Assembly (NCBI GenBank): GCA_963662465.1
Contig: OY759599.1
Span: forward strand, 7,584,001-7,648,000
Reading direction: 5' to 3'
DNA length: 64,000 bases
Source of the DNA: Desulfatiglandales bacterium
GTDB lineage: Bacteria; Desulfobacterota; DSM-4660; Desulfatiglandales; Desulfatiglandaceae
Made by a program: the position numbers and the translations under genes
Part shown: piece after piece, positions 17,736 through 28,250 of the stretch
Numbering within the stretch: the stretch's first letter is position 1
How the letters are laid out: each line of letters begins with the position of its first letter
Notes under the pieces: generated by a model
The model's database searches: none
Told to the model about the DNA's origin: nothing
The model's input: the letters and a program-made list of their open reading frames with translations, nothing else

Positions 17736-19580
17736 ATGAAAGGCAGTCCCCTGAAAAATCTGAACGCCTCTTTCATCGCCACGCGCAACAATTTTAAACC
17801 CCTTTGGGTCTACTTTGTAGAGAATCGGTGGGCGCTGGGGGTTGGGGTGTTGAGCCTGCTCATGGTGGATTTTCTTCAGCTCATCATTCCACTGATCATC
17901 AAGAAAGCGATCAATGTGCTGGTTTTGCAGCCTTCCGGAACGGGGGCGCTGCTGTTGAAGCAGGGCCTTATGATCGGCATTATCGCCCTGTTGATCGCCC
18001 TGTTTCGGTATGTGTGGCGGCTTTTGTTGATGGGCCATTCCAGGAAAGTGGAGCAAGGCCTGCGCAACCGGCTCTACGGGCATATTCAGCTCCTTTCCCT
18101 CTCGTTTTTTCAGAACACGAAGACCGGCGATGTGATGGCCCGGGCCATCAACGACATCAATGCCGTGCGAATGGCCTGCGGCATGGGGCTGGTGGCCCTG
18201 GTGGACGGTTTTGTTCTCGGCACAGCCGCCATAGGCTTCATGATGAGCATCGATTGGCGGTTGACCCTTATTTCCCTGATCCCCGCGCCCATTGTCGTTG
18301 TGGCCACCCGGATGCTGGCCAACCAGATGTCGTTACGATTTGAACGGGTGCAGAAAACCTTTTCGGATCTCACCGAACAGTCTCGTGAGGGTTTTTCAGG
18401 CATCCGGGTGATTAAGGCCCACCAGCGGGAAGGGTGGGCGTACGACAGGATGAAAGCGGGAGGGGAACGATACGTTGCGGAAAGCATGCGTCTGGCCCGA
18501 ACCCTTGCCCTCTTTTTTCCCCTGATGACCCTGATTACCAATGCCGGGCTTGCCGTTGTGATTCTGCTGGGCGGACGGTATACCATTGTGGGAACCATCA
18601 CGCCCGGGGATTTCGTTGCCTTTATCAGTTACCTGAACCTGCTCACGTGGCCCATCATGGCCATGGGCTGGGTAACCAGCCTGATCCAGCGGGGATCCGC
18701 TTCCATGCGGCGCATCAACGGGATTTTTGATGCGGTTCCGGAGATTCGGGACCCGGAATCCTCAGACCTTTTTGCCAATGGGGAGGGATACGCCACAATG
18801 CCTCCAGAAAAATCCAATGGCGCCATTGCTTTTCACGGGCTCAGTTTTCGGTATCCCGGCCAGGCTGAATATGCTCTCCATGAGGTTCATTTGGCCATAC
18901 GTCCGGGAGAGACCGCGGCCATTGTGGGGCGCGTGGGATCGGGGAAAACGACCCTGCTGCAGATTGTGCCGCGGCTGTTGGATGTTTCCGACGACACGGT
19001 TTTTGTGAGTGGGTGGGATATTCGAAAAATGCCGCCGGCAACCCTGAGGAAAAAAATCGGGTTCGTGAGTCAGGATGTCTTTATTTTCTCCGACACCGTT
19101 CGCAATAATGTGGCATTCGGAAGGGATGACATCAGCGATGAAGAAGTGCGGCGGGCGTTGGGCGTTGCCGGCGTTCTTGAAGAAATGGAAAGCCTGGAAC
19201 AGGGCCTAAATACCCTGCTGGGGGAGCGGGGGATCACCCTTTCGGGCGGTCAGCGGCAACGGCTTACCATTGCACGGGCCATTGTGGGGAATTTCCCCAT
19301 CCTCATCCTGGATGACGCCCTTTCCATGGTGGATACCCGTACCGAAGAGGGGATTTTGAACCGGATTTTGAACTTGCGGCGGAACCGAACCAATGTGATC
19401 GTTTCCCACAGGGTTTCCACCATTCGCCGGGCGGACAGGATCTTTGTATTAGATCGAGGCCGTTTAAAAGAGGAAGGGGATCACGAAAGCCTGATCGCCC
19501 GAGGGGGGATCTACAGCGCCCTCTACGAAGAGCAGCTTTTAGGGGAAGCGCTTGAAAACGGAGGCGTGAACTCGCCATGA
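17736..19580 (+). CDS. ABC exporter permease/ATPase (MdlA-like, degenerate LDD Walker B)
   Basis: TMD plus GRVGSGKT, LSGGQ and ILDD. Confidence 0.92.
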   Translation: MKGSPLKNLNASFIATRNNFKPLWVYFVENRWALGVGVLSLLMVDFLQLIIPLIIKKAINVLVLQPSGTGALLLKQGLMIGIIALLIALFRYVWRLLLMGHSRKVEQGLRNRLYGHIQLLSLSFFQNTKTGDVMARAINDINAVRMACGMGLVALVDGFVLGTAAIGFMMSIDWRLTLISLIPAPIVVVATRMLANQMSLRFERVQKTFSDLTEQSREGFSGIRVIKAHQREGWAYDRMKAGGERYVAESMRLARTLALFFPLMTLITNAGLAVVILLGGRYTIVGTITPGDFVAFISYLNLLTWPIMAMGWVTSLIQRGSASMRRINGIFDAVPEIRDPESSDLFANGEGYATMPPEKSNGAIAFHGLSFRYPGQAEYALHEVHLAIRPGETAAIVGRVGSGKTTLLQIVPRLLDVSDDTVFVSGWDIRKMPPATLRKKIGFVSQDVFIFSDTVRNNVAFGRDDISDEEVRRALGVAGVLEEMESLEQGLNTLLGERGITLSGGQRQRLTIARAIVGNFPILILDDALSMVDTRTEEGILNRILNLRRNRTNVIVSHRVSTIRRADRIFVLDRGRLKEEGDHESLIARGGIYSALYEEQLLGEALENGGVNSP

Positions 19581-21700
19581 TGGGGGATTATGGATACGCC
19601 GAGGAAGGTAAACTGGGGAAGCCTTACAACCTCAAGTTGCTGAAGCGGTTGGCTCAATTTGCATTGCCCTATGGGAAACTGATTGCGGCAGGTCTTTTGC
19701 TGTCGATCCTGGTCGCCCTGTTTGATCTCTCGGTGCCTTATTTAACCAAGATTGCCATTGACCGGTATATCCTGTCCTCCTGGTTTGCCGTGAGCGGGGA
19801 AATGGCGACGGATCCGGCCTGCCGGAGGTTGGTAAAACGCTATGGCCCTTTGTTTCAGAAGAGCGAAGGCGCTTCGGTTTCGTATATTTCAAATGTGAAT
19901 CTCAAGAAGGTGGATCCCGCAGATCTCCATTTCCTCAAAAGCCAAGGTCTGTTGTCTTCCGAACGGTTTTACCGGATCGAATCCGGCAGGGAAGCGCTAA
20001 AATGGTTTTCCAGGGATCACCGGGATGTCCATAAGATGGTGGATGGCGCCGTCATGGCGCCCTATGACCAATTGGAGCGATTGCCCCGAAAAGAACTCCT
20101 TCAAATCAGGGCCGGCGATGTGAACGGGGTGACGCTCATCGCAGGGGTGTTTTTTAGCCTGCTGTTGCTTTCCCTGGGGTTCAGCTATCTGGAATATTAT
20201 GTCATGGAATTAACGGGTCAGCGGATCATGCAGGACATGCGCATGAGGCTCTTTGACCGGATGCAGGCCCAGACCCTGCGGTTTTTCGATCGGTATCCCG
20301 TGGGGACCCTGGTCACCCGGGTGACCAATGATATCGGCAACCTCAATGAAATGTTCAAGTCCGTTCTGATAACGGTCTTCAAAGACCTGTTCATGATTGT
20401 CGGTATTCTGGGGGTCCTTTTTTACCTCAACCGGCGGCTGGCCCTGTTGTGCTTTACCCTGTTGCCCATTATTTTCGGGTTGACCCTGATCTTCAGCACC
20501 ATGGCCCGGGAGGCGTTCCGGGAGCTTCGAAGCACCGTTTCAAAAATTAATGCGTTTCTTCAGGAGCGGATCAGGGGGATGCGCGTGATTCAGTTGTTTG
20601 TGAGGGAAGCATCGCAAATGACGGCCTTTGTAGGGCTCAACCGGGAAAATTATCGTGCGGGGATGAAGCAGATCCGTGTTTTTGCCCTGTTTATGCCCCT
20701 GATGGAGCTTTTATCGTCGATCTCTATCGGGTTTTTGATCTGGTATGGCGGTGGACAGGTCTTGCAGGAAGAGATGACCCTGGGAGCGCTGGTGGCTTTT
20801 ATCGGGTATATTCAGATGTTCTTTAAGCCCATTCGGGATATCTCCGAAAAATACAATATCATGCAGATGGCCATGGCCTCCATGGAACGGATTTTCGAAT
20901 TCATGGACAAAAAAGAGGTGCTGCCGCGGCCCACGTCCCCCCGGAACCCTTCCCACGTCAAGGGTCATCTGGTGTTTGACCACGTGTCTTTTGGATACGA
21001 CAAAGACAACATGATTCTCCACGATGTTTCTTTTGAAGTGAAACCGGGGGAGACCGTGGCCATCGTGGGCGCCACGGGTTCGGGGAAGACCACGGTGGTG
21101 AGCCTGGTGGAGCGGTTTTACGATCCGGATCAGGGGAGGATCACCCTTGACGGCATTGATCTCAGGGAGTGGTCCAACCTTAGTTTGCGAAAGGTTGTGA
21201 GCCTCTGCATGCAGGACGTTTTTATCTTTGCGGGAAGCGTGGCGGAAAACATTTCCCTGGGAAGGGAGGGCTTGGATGACCATGCGGTGCGCCGCGCCGC
21301 CGAGACCGCCAATGCCCTGGGGTTTGTTGAGCGGTTGGAAAACGGTTTTCAGCAGGAACTGGGCGAGGATGGCGCCAGTCTTTCAGGGGGGCAGCGCCAG
21401 TTGCTCTCCTTTGCGAGGGCTCTGGCCAGTGATCCCCGCCTGCTGATTCTGGATGAGGCCACCAGCAGCGTGGATCCTGAAACCGAACGTCTCATTCAAA
21501 CGGCCATTTCCAAAATGGCCCGGAAGCGGACCACCCTTGTGGTGGCCCATCGGCTGTCCACGGTCAGGGATGCGAATCGGATTATGGTGATGCACCATGG
21601 CCAAATCAGGGAGCAGGGGACCCATGAAGAACTCATGGCCATGGAAGGGCTTTACTTTAAGCTCAGCCGCCGGTGGAATCGGGGGATTCCTGGCGAATAA
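19577..21700 (+). CDS. ABC exporter permease/ATPase (MdlB-like) with a large loop insertion
   Basis: TMD plus GATGSGKT, LSGGQ and LDEAT; ATGA-coupled to its partner. Confidence 0.92.
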   Translation: MMGDYGYAEEGKLGKPYNLKLLKRLAQFALPYGKLIAAGLLLSILVALFDLSVPYLTKIAIDRYILSSWFAVSGEMATDPACRRLVKRYGPLFQKSEGASVSYISNVNLKKVDPADLHFLKSQGLLSSERFYRIESGREALKWFSRDHRDVHKMVDGAVMAPYDQLERLPRKELLQIRAGDVNGVTLIAGVFFSLLLLSLGFSYLEYYVMELTGQRIMQDMRMRLFDRMQAQTLRFFDRYPVGTLVTRVTNDIGNLNEMFKSVLITVFKDLFMIVGILGVLFYLNRRLALLCFTLLPIIFGLTLIFSTMAREAFRELRSTVSKINAFLQERIRGMRVIQLFVREASQMTAFVGLNRENYRAGMKQIRVFALFMPLMELLSSISIGFLIWYGGGQVLQEEMTLGALVAFIGYIQMFFKPIRDISEKYNIMQMAMASMERIFEFMDKKEVLPRPTSPRNPSHVKGHLVFDHVSFGYDKDNMILHDVSFEVKPGETVAIVGATGSGKTTVVSLVERFYDPDQGRITLDGIDLREWSNLSLRKVVSLCMQDVFIFAGSVAENISLGREGLDDHAVRRAAETANALGFVERLENGFQQELGEDGASLSGGQRQLLSFARALASDPRLLILDEATSSVDPETERLIQTAISKMARKRTTLVVAHRLSTVRDANRIMVMHHGQIREQGTHEELMAMEGLYFKLSRRWNRGIPGE

Positions 21701-21721
21701 GGTCGTCATTCCAAGTTTCCA

Positions 21722-21751
21722 TACGCCTGAGTGTCTCATGTCTCAGGCGTA
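21722..21751. terminator. hairpin between convergent genes
   Basis: TACGCCTGAG-N10-CTCAGGCGTA perfect 10-bp stem. Confidence 0.5.
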
Positions 21752-21766
21752 CGATTTGCCTTCGAT

Positions 21767-22183
21767 TTATTTTTCCATTCGTTTCATGGTTATATTGTAG
21801 CTGTCGGCGTCTTTGGCGTTCTCCCCGTCGATGAATGCATTGTAGACGGATGAGCCAACCAGTCGTCCGTCCTCCTGTGCGTTGAGTTTAGCGGTATACA
21901 TCTTTGTTCCGCTTTCGATTACCAGGTAGACAACCTTCCCGTCTACAATACCGTTTACACCGTATGGACCCAGCGTTCCCGTCACTCGGTTTCCATTCTG
22001 GGTGAAAATCCCCTCCCCCCAACCGCCATCCATGTAGGGACCGCAATCCCATTTTCCAGTGATATCCACACCGGCGACAGCCTGTTGCTTTCCATCAAGC
22101 CAGGCAGCGGTTTTATCGGGCATGATGGTTCTGCATGATAAGAGCAGTCCCAGTGCAATTACCAGCAACAACGTCTTTTTCAT
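21767..22183 (-). CDS. hypothetical lipoprotein
   Basis: GGAGG RBS; MKK, hydrophobic stretch and LLSC lipobox. Confidence 0.75.
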   Translation of the reverse strand: MKKTLLLVIALGLLLSCRTIMPDKTAAWLDGKQQAVAGVDITGKWDCGPYMDGGWGEGIFTQNGNRVTGTLGPYGVNGIVDGKVVYLVIESGTKMYTAKLNAQEDGRLVGSSVYNAFIDGENAKDADSYNITMKRMEK

Positions 22184-22392
22184 GATTTTCCCTCCCTTAA
22201 TTAAATTGATATTTTTCTTCACCCGACAAGCGGTCGTAAATAATGATAACTTATTATATCATTTTGTCAATTTTTCTTGACGGAGTTTTTTTCGCTGTGT
22301 TTCCACATGCCGCAGTGGGAACGTAAATCCATATTTTCCTTGAAATATGGTAATAAAAATGAGAATATTATACTTTTAGAAAGGAAAATATC

Positions 22393-23694
22393 ATGAAAAA
22401 TATTCTCAAACGCATTATTTCCGATTTTCACGCCAACTGGATCCCCGAATTCAAGACCAGGGATGCCAGGGTCCCCTTGGACCTCAACAAGGTGATCTCC
22501 ATTGTGGGACCCCGGCGGGCGGGAAAAACCTATTTTCTTTACCAGTTGATGGCCATGCTGGCGGTACGGGGCGTTTCAAGAGAGCGCATCCTGTATATAA
22601 ATTTTGAGGATGAGCGGCTGGATCTTGAAGGCCGTCATGATTTGATTTTCGAAGCCTGTCTTGAGCTTTATCCTGATCTGGACTTGTCGTCCTGCTGGTT
22701 TTTCTTTGATGAAATTCAGGAGTTGGATCAATGGGAAAAATTTATCCGTCGCGTTTATGATACCCTTTCCAAAAATATTTTTATTACCGGTTCCAACGCC
22801 AGAGTGTTGTCAAGGGAAATTGCCACTGCTTTGCGGGGACGAAGCCTGTCCTTTGAAATTATGTCGCTTTCCTTCAGAGAGTTTCTTTTCTTCAAGGACA
22901 TAGACCAGGAGGACAAGCATTCTCTCAAAAACAGTTCCCGAATAGGGAACGCTTTTGAGGAATACCTCATTTGGGGAGGATATCCGGAGCTGGTGGATAT
23001 TGCGCCTCGTTTTAAATCGAACATCCTTCAGGAATATTTCAATGTCATGTTATATCGGGATTTGCTGGAGCGATACGGGATCAGGGACTTATCCCTTTTG
23101 AAGTATTTGATTAAGCGCCTGATCGCTTCTTATACCAAGGAGTTTTCCGTAAACAGAATGTATAACGATTTGAAATCGAGGGGCTTTTCCATTGGGAAGG
23201 ATCGCATCTATGGGTTGATGGAGGAGATCTTTTCCATTTATATGCTCGCTCGCGTTGAAAAATTTGAGCCATCGGTGGTTAAACGGGAGATGAGCAACAA
23301 AAAGGTTTATCTCCACGATAACGGTTTTGCCTCGGCCATTCAGGGGTCCTTTTTTAAAGACAGGGGAAAACTTCTGGAAAACTTGGTCTTTACACATCTG
23401 AGAACCAAAACGGAAAACATCAATTTTATGAAAAACGGTTGGGAATGTGATTTTGTAGTCTTCCCGGATGATGCACCAAAACCCTTGCTGATCCAGGTAA
23501 CGGAAAAACTGGATGATCACAATCTGAAACGGGAAATCAAAGGTCTTGAAGCGGCCCGAAAGCGGGTTCCGGGGGCCGAGTGCCTGGTTCTTGTCCATGA
23601 GCTGGTGGGAGAGGTCGTTGTTCCGGATTGGGCCAGGATTGTTCCGGTGTCTTTATGGATTCTGGAATCCGGCTTTTATGAAACGGGGCAATAA
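22393..23694 (+). CDS. AAA_14/DUF4143 ATP-binding protein
   Basis: GPRRAGKT, FFDEIQ, TGSN, GGYPE, KKVYL.D.G and ECDF motifs. Confidence 0.88.
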   Translation: MKNILKRIISDFHANWIPEFKTRDARVPLDLNKVISIVGPRRAGKTYFLYQLMAMLAVRGVSRERILYINFEDERLDLEGRHDLIFEACLELYPDLDLSSCWFFFDEIQELDQWEKFIRRVYDTLSKNIFITGSNARVLSREIATALRGRSLSFEIMSLSFREFLFFKDIDQEDKHSLKNSSRIGNAFEEYLIWGGYPELVDIAPRFKSNILQEYFNVMLYRDLLERYGIRDLSLLKYLIKRLIASYTKEFSVNRMYNDLKSRGFSIGKDRIYGLMEEIFSIYMLARVEKFEPSVVKREMSNKKVYLHDNGFASAIQGSFFKDRGKLLENLVFTHLRTKTENINFMKNGWECDFVVFPDDAPKPLLIQVTEKLDDHNLKREIKGLEAARKRVPGAECLVLVHELVGEVVVPDWARIVPVSLWILESGFYETGQ

Positions 23695-23733
23695 TCATCT
23701 CTGTTTTGATTCCGAAGCCAAGAATAATGAAGA

Positions 23734-25227
23734 TCAACCTGTGTGCCCTACGGGAAAAAGCACATAAAAAGTACTGCCTCCGGTTGTAAAACACCCTTTC
23801 CGGTCTTTAATGAAGGCGCAGTCTGATATTTTGCCGGGGCAGGCATCCACATCTGTGGGGATGTAGGGGCATCGCGTGGTGTCGAAGTGGATGGCAAAGC
23901 CCATTCGTTCGGAGAAGACCTTCATGCGCAGGAGATCCGCGCCGGCGCCCCCCGCATTGAATTGATAAGGTTTTTTGGAGGAATACATATCCGTGTCCTG
24001 GGTATGAAAGAATCCTCCGAAAATCAAATCCTGGTTGGTCTCGGTAATGCCTACCCCATAATCCCGCATTTTAATCTCGATGCCGTCTTTCAGGGTTTTC
24101 ACACTCAGTTTGATAAGACCCTCGTCCGGCGTGTTTTCGATGGCGTTTTTCAAAAGCCCTGATAAAACCTTCAACAGTATTCCGCGATCCATGGTCAGCT
24201 GGATGGATTCATCCACATGGCATTCGATGTCAAGCACCCTTGATCCCATGGCGGATCGGGCTTCCCGGATCATATCCCGTAAAAAGGGGCCCATGACGAT
24301 GGGTTCCGCATGGGGTTCATAAACCATGAAAAGATCGTCAAGTCGGTGGGCGATGAGTTCCAGTATTTCCTCCTTTTGAGGGCCGCTCCCGTTCTTGAAT
24401 GAATCCACCAAATCTGCCGCATTTTCAATGATATTAAGAAGTTGACGTTGTTCCAGCACCGGGCGCTGGTTTAAGATATCCCCGATTTTTCTTTCCAGAT
24501 CCACCAGTCGCTGGATTTGCCGCTTGCCGCGGGCAAAGGTTTTGTTGGTATTGGGGTCTTTTTCCCGGTTCAGCCGACGGTCCAGTCGTTCAATGCTGGC
24601 TGAAAGCACGGCAAGGGGCGTTTTCAGTTCATGGGACAGGTGGTTGATGACGCGTTCCTTGGCCTTGTCCAGGATTTTGAGGTCGTCATAGAGCTTGGCA
24701 TTTTCCAGTGCGATGGCGATGGTATGACTGGCCGACAAGAGCAGTTCTTCATCGTCTTGGGTAAAGTCGCCGGATGTTTTGTTGATGACCTGCAGGGTGC
24801 CGATACAATTTCCGTGTCGATTGATCAGGGGAACGCACAGGATGTTTCGGGTTTTGAAGTTGGTTTTCAGGTCTACTCCGGGGTAAAATCGCGAATCACC
24901 GTAAGCGTCGCTGATGATCAACGGTTTATGGTTTTGAAAAACCCATCCGGCAATTCCCGTGTGGGCGGGAAAGCGTATTTCGTTGGTTTTCAAATCCGTG
25001 GAGACCCGCGACCAAAGCTCACCTTTTTCCGGATCGAATATGAAAACCGAACACTTTTCCGTGTTCATGAACCGGCGGGTTTGCTCCATGATCACTTTAA
25101 AGAGGACATGCATGTCCATTTCCGAAACGATCATTCGGCTCAGTTCCAGCAACATGCGGTGCTGCTGAAGCTGGTTTTGGAGGATGATTACCGCTTTTTC
25201 AGGATTGTCTGCGTCTATCTTTTCCAT
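23734..25227 (-). CDS. cytoplasmic GAF sensor histidine kinase with atypical HATPase domain
   Basis: GAF, SHELKTPL H-box, KNAIEN N-box, DYGVG G1. Confidence 0.88.
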   Translation of the reverse strand: MEKIDADNPEKAVIILQNQLQQHRMLLELSRMIVSEMDMHVLFKVIMEQTRRFMNTEKCSVFIFDPEKGELWSRVSTDLKTNEIRFPAHTGIAGWVFQNHKPLIISDAYGDSRFYPGVDLKTNFKTRNILCVPLINRHGNCIGTLQVINKTSGDFTQDDEELLLSASHTIAIALENAKLYDDLKILDKAKERVINHLSHELKTPLAVLSASIERLDRRLNREKDPNTNKTFARGKRQIQRLVDLERKIGDILNQRPVLEQRQLLNIIENAADLVDSFKNGSGPQKEEILELIAHRLDDLFMVYEPHAEPIVMGPFLRDMIREARSAMGSRVLDIECHVDESIQLTMDRGILLKVLSGLLKNAIENTPDEGLIKLSVKTLKDGIEIKMRDYGVGITETNQDLIFGGFFHTQDTDMYSSKKPYQFNAGGAGADLLRMKVFSERMGFAIHFDTTRCPYIPTDVDACPGKISDCAFIKDRKGCFTTGGSTFYVLFPVGHTG

Positions 25228-25237
25228 GGAAAGGCCT

Positions 25238-26449
25238 TTATACAATAAAAACTTTTTTGGGGATGCGGCTGATCATTCGACACCCTGTTTCGGTGATAAC
25301 GAAAACGCTCTCAATACCCGCGCCGAATTCATTGATGAAGTTAATTTTGGGTTCGATGGCGAACGTCATGCCCGGCTGCAGAGGGTCATGATTTTTGGCG
25401 CTGATGATGGGTTGTTCCACCAGATCAAGACCGATCCCATGACCCACAAAAGAGACTTTGTAATGGGGCGGCCCCAGATAGGTTTCTTCATATCCCAGAG
25501 CTTTTGCCCTGGCAACCGATGCTTCGAAAAGAGCGTTGATGGGGATTCCGGGTTTGGCTGTTTCGAGGATCTCGTCATGAATTTCCAGGGTTGCCATTGA
25601 TGCATCCATGGCCTTTTGGGGCATGGACCCAATGGCGAACATGCGGGTTTCATCCATGTGGTAACCATTGTGAACAAAACCGAGATCGATAAGAATGGGC
25701 TCATCCTTAGCCATCTTTCGATATCCCGCGCCCATGGGAAAGGCCACCGACGTTCCCACTCCGCTGAAGGGGGAGTCCAGAAGACCGAGTTTTCCGCCGT
25801 TGGGGCCGCTCAATACATGCCAGGGGTAGACTTCGGATTGATAATCCCGAACCCTCAGCTTTCCGCCATGGCCGATTTTTCGGGCGAAGGCCTCAAACAT
25901 GCCCGCAAATTCCATCTCCGTATAGCCTTCTTTCAAATGGTTTCGGATATATTCAAAGGTTTTGGCGGAAAGTTCGGCCGTGTTTTCCATTTGCGCAATT
26001 TCCCACGGGGACTTAACGCTTCTGGCCCCGTGAATGAGCGTAGATCCGTCAAGGTAAGCCTTCACGGGAAATAGTTGTTGGTAAAAATTGAAATGGGTAA
26101 CGGGAAGTACGTCCAGCTCGAAAGCCAGATGGTCAGGCAGTCGACCGTAAAAATCCACAATCCGTCCGGGTACGTCCTTGGGGGACGCGATTTCGATGAT
26201 ATGGGAAATGGCGGATTCTTCCCTGGCCCTGGGTGCGTAACGCTTGATCAACAGAAGTGGGTCTCCCTGGGCTGGAACATACAGAAATCCGTTCTGCGCG
26301 GTCCCCGCAAAATAGAGTAAATCGACCCGCTGAACCAGGAGGAGTCCCTCCATATCTTCCTGCCTCATATTTTTCTGCAGGCATTGGATGCGTTTTTTGA
26401 TTTCAAAGGCCGGGATCTTAAATGACGCTGTCATAGGGATGTTGTTCAC
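25238..26449 (-). CDS. M24 family Xaa-Pro peptidase
   Basis: GYHMDETR, GHGIGL, AIEPK and GIES motifs. Confidence 0.88.
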   Translation of the reverse strand: MNNIPMTASFKIPAFEIKKRIQCLQKNMRQEDMEGLLLVQRVDLLYFAGTAQNGFLYVPAQGDPLLLIKRYAPRAREESAISHIIEIASPKDVPGRIVDFYGRLPDHLAFELDVLPVTHFNFYQQLFPVKAYLDGSTLIHGARSVKSPWEIAQMENTAELSAKTFEYIRNHLKEGYTEMEFAGMFEAFARKIGHGGKLRVRDYQSEVYPWHVLSGPNGGKLGLLDSPFSGVGTSVAFPMGAGYRKMAKDEPILIDLGFVHNGYHMDETRMFAIGSMPQKAMDASMATLEIHDEILETAKPGIPINALFEASVARAKALGYEETYLGPPHYKVSFVGHGIGLDLVEQPIISAKNHDPLQPGMTFAIEPKINFINEFGAGIESVFVITETGCRMISRIPKKVFIV

Positions 26450-26507
26450 ATTTGATTTTTGTTCGTTTCATGGTATGGTATCCAAAAAGAAGGGAGTATG
26501 ACCATAA

Positions 26508-26951
26508 ATGATTACCGAACGGGGTGTTATTAACAAAATTTCGGGCCGAAAGGCCACTGTTGAAATTCAGAAGAGTTCCGCCTGTGCCTCGTGTGAATCC
26601 CGCGATTCATGCGACGTGCATGGGGGAAAACCCATGGAGATCCAAGTGGACAACCGTTTGGACGCGGGTGAGGGAGACCTGGTTGAAATCAGCATTCCGT
26701 CCGGGTCTTTTGTGATCCTCTCACTCTATGTCTATTTTATTCCGGTTGCGGCCCTTATGGGCGGCGCCTATGTCGGCGGCACGTTGTTGGCGCCGCGGTT
26801 GGGTATGGGCGCCACAGCCTGTTCCATTCTACTGGGGTTTTTGGCCTTGGGCGTCACATTTATTTTCCTCAGGCGTTTTGACAAGACGCCGGGCGCCAAC
26901 CGGAAATACCGACCCAAGATGACGCGCATTGTAAAACGACGGCAACCATGA
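26508..26951 (+). CDS. RseC/MucC family protein
   Basis: SSACASC...C, GDLVEI, two TM helices. Confidence 0.85.
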   Translation: MITERGVINKISGRKATVEIQKSSACASCESRDSCDVHGGKPMEIQVDNRLDAGEGDLVEISIPSGSFVILSLYVYFIPVAALMGGAYVGGTLLAPRLGMGATACSILLGFLALGVTFIFLRRFDKTPGANRKYRPKMTRIVKRRQP

Positions 26952-26964
26952 ACCGTAAATGATT

Positions 26965-27004
26965 AAAAAAAGGGATTCTCTTAAAGATAGGGAATCCCTT
27001 TTTT
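26965..27004. terminator. bidirectional intrinsic terminator
   Basis: A7-GGGATTCTCT-N7-AGGGAATCCC-T6 between convergent rseC-like and rnfA genes. Confidence 0.8.
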
Positions 27005-27015
27005 CGCTTGCCACT

Positions 27016-27042
27016 CTCGTTCCCATGTTCTGTGTGGGAACG
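27016..27042. repeat. REP-like palindrome CGTTCCCA-N-TGGGAACG
   Basis: perfect 8-bp stem; degenerate relative at 22299-22322. Confidence 0.55.
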
Positions 27043-27053
27043 TGTGAAGATTC

Positions 27054-27632
27054 TTATACCATCCCCTTAAATGCAAAAAAGGCAAGGGAAAGCATCCCCG
27101 CCGTCACCAGGCCGATGGAGGTGTCTTGAAGCGGTTTGGGAACTCGTGCCAGAACGATGCGCTCCCGAAGACCCGCGAAAAGGACCAGGGCCAGGCCAAA
27201 GCCAATGGCGTAGGCGAAAGACGCGACCAAGGCTTGCATGAAGTTGTATTCCTCCATGATGTTGATGAGGCATACGCCCATGACGGCACAGTTGGTGGTG
27301 ATGAGGGGCAGAAATATGCCCAGGCCCGCATAGAGGGTAGGAATGGATTTTCGTAGAAACATTTCCACGAACTGTACCAGACATGCAATCACCAGGATAA
27401 AGGTGAGAGTTCGCAGGTATTCCAAATCAAAGGGCTTTAGCAGAAAGTTGTTTACCATCCAGGTGATGGACCCCGCCATGACCAGTACAAAAACAACGGC
27501 CATGGCCATGCCCGTGGCCGTTTCCATCCTTTTGGATACGCCTAAAAACGGGCAGTTCCCGAGGTATTGCATCAAAAGGATATTGTTGACGAAAATACAA
27601 CTGACAATCAGAATCAGGTAGTCGGCCATCAT
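27054..27632 (-). CDS. rnfA: Rnf complex subunit A
   Basis: LG.CPFLGVS and LGIFLPLITTNCAV motifs. Confidence 0.95.
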   Translation of the reverse strand: MMADYLILIVSCIFVNNILLMQYLGNCPFLGVSKRMETATGMAMAVVFVLVMAGSITWMVNNFLLKPFDLEYLRTLTFILVIACLVQFVEMFLRKSIPTLYAGLGIFLPLITTNCAVMGVCLINIMEEYNFMQALVASFAYAIGFGLALVLFAGLRERIVLARVPKPLQDTSIGLVTAGMLSLAFFAFKGMV

Positions 27633-27642
27633 TTACTCCTTT

Positions 27643-28236
27643 TTATTTTTTACCCATCATATTCATGATGCACAACATGAGCCCCAGGCATACAAATGCG
27701 CCCGGCGCCTGGACCATAAAGCCAAAGGGTTGAAATGACGGTCCAAAAACCGGAATGTTATAAAATGTGCCATTCCCGAGTATTTCTCGAATGCTGCCCA
27801 ACGCAGCCAGGGACAGGGTGAACCCAAGACCGATGCCGAGTCCGTCGGCAAAGGCGGGGATGACTTTGTTTTTGGCGGCAAAGGCTTCCGCGCGCCCCAG
27901 CACGATACAGTTCACCACGATCAGGGGGATGAATATCCCCAGACTGAGGAACAATGGGTACGCATAGGCCTGCATCAACAATTCCACAACCGTCACGAAC
28001 GTTGCGATGACCGCGATGAAGCATGCGATTCTTACCTTTTTAGGGATGACGTTTCTGAGCATTGAAATGAGGACATTGGAACAGATGAGGACAAATGTGG
28101 TGGCCACTCCCATGCCAATCCCGTTTTCCACGCCCTTGGTCACGGCCAGTGTGGGACAGAGACCTAAGACCAGTCGAAAGGGTGGGATTTCAGCCCAGAG
28201 TCCTTTCGTGAATTCCTGAACAGCCGTTTTTGCCAT
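27643..28236 (-). CDS. rnfE: Rnf complex subunit E
   Basis: LGLCPTLAVT and FIPLIVVNCIVLGRAEAFA motifs. Confidence 0.95.
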   Translation of the reverse strand: MAKTAVQEFTKGLWAEIPPFRLVLGLCPTLAVTKGVENGIGMGVATTFVLICSNVLISMLRNVIPKKVRIACFIAVIATFVTVVELLMQAYAYPLFLSLGIFIPLIVVNCIVLGRAEAFAAKNKVIPAFADGLGIGLGFTLSLAALGSIREILGNGTFYNIPVFGPSFQPFGFMVQAPGAFVCLGLMLCIMNMMGKK

Positions 28237-28250
28237 AACCAATGATCCCC

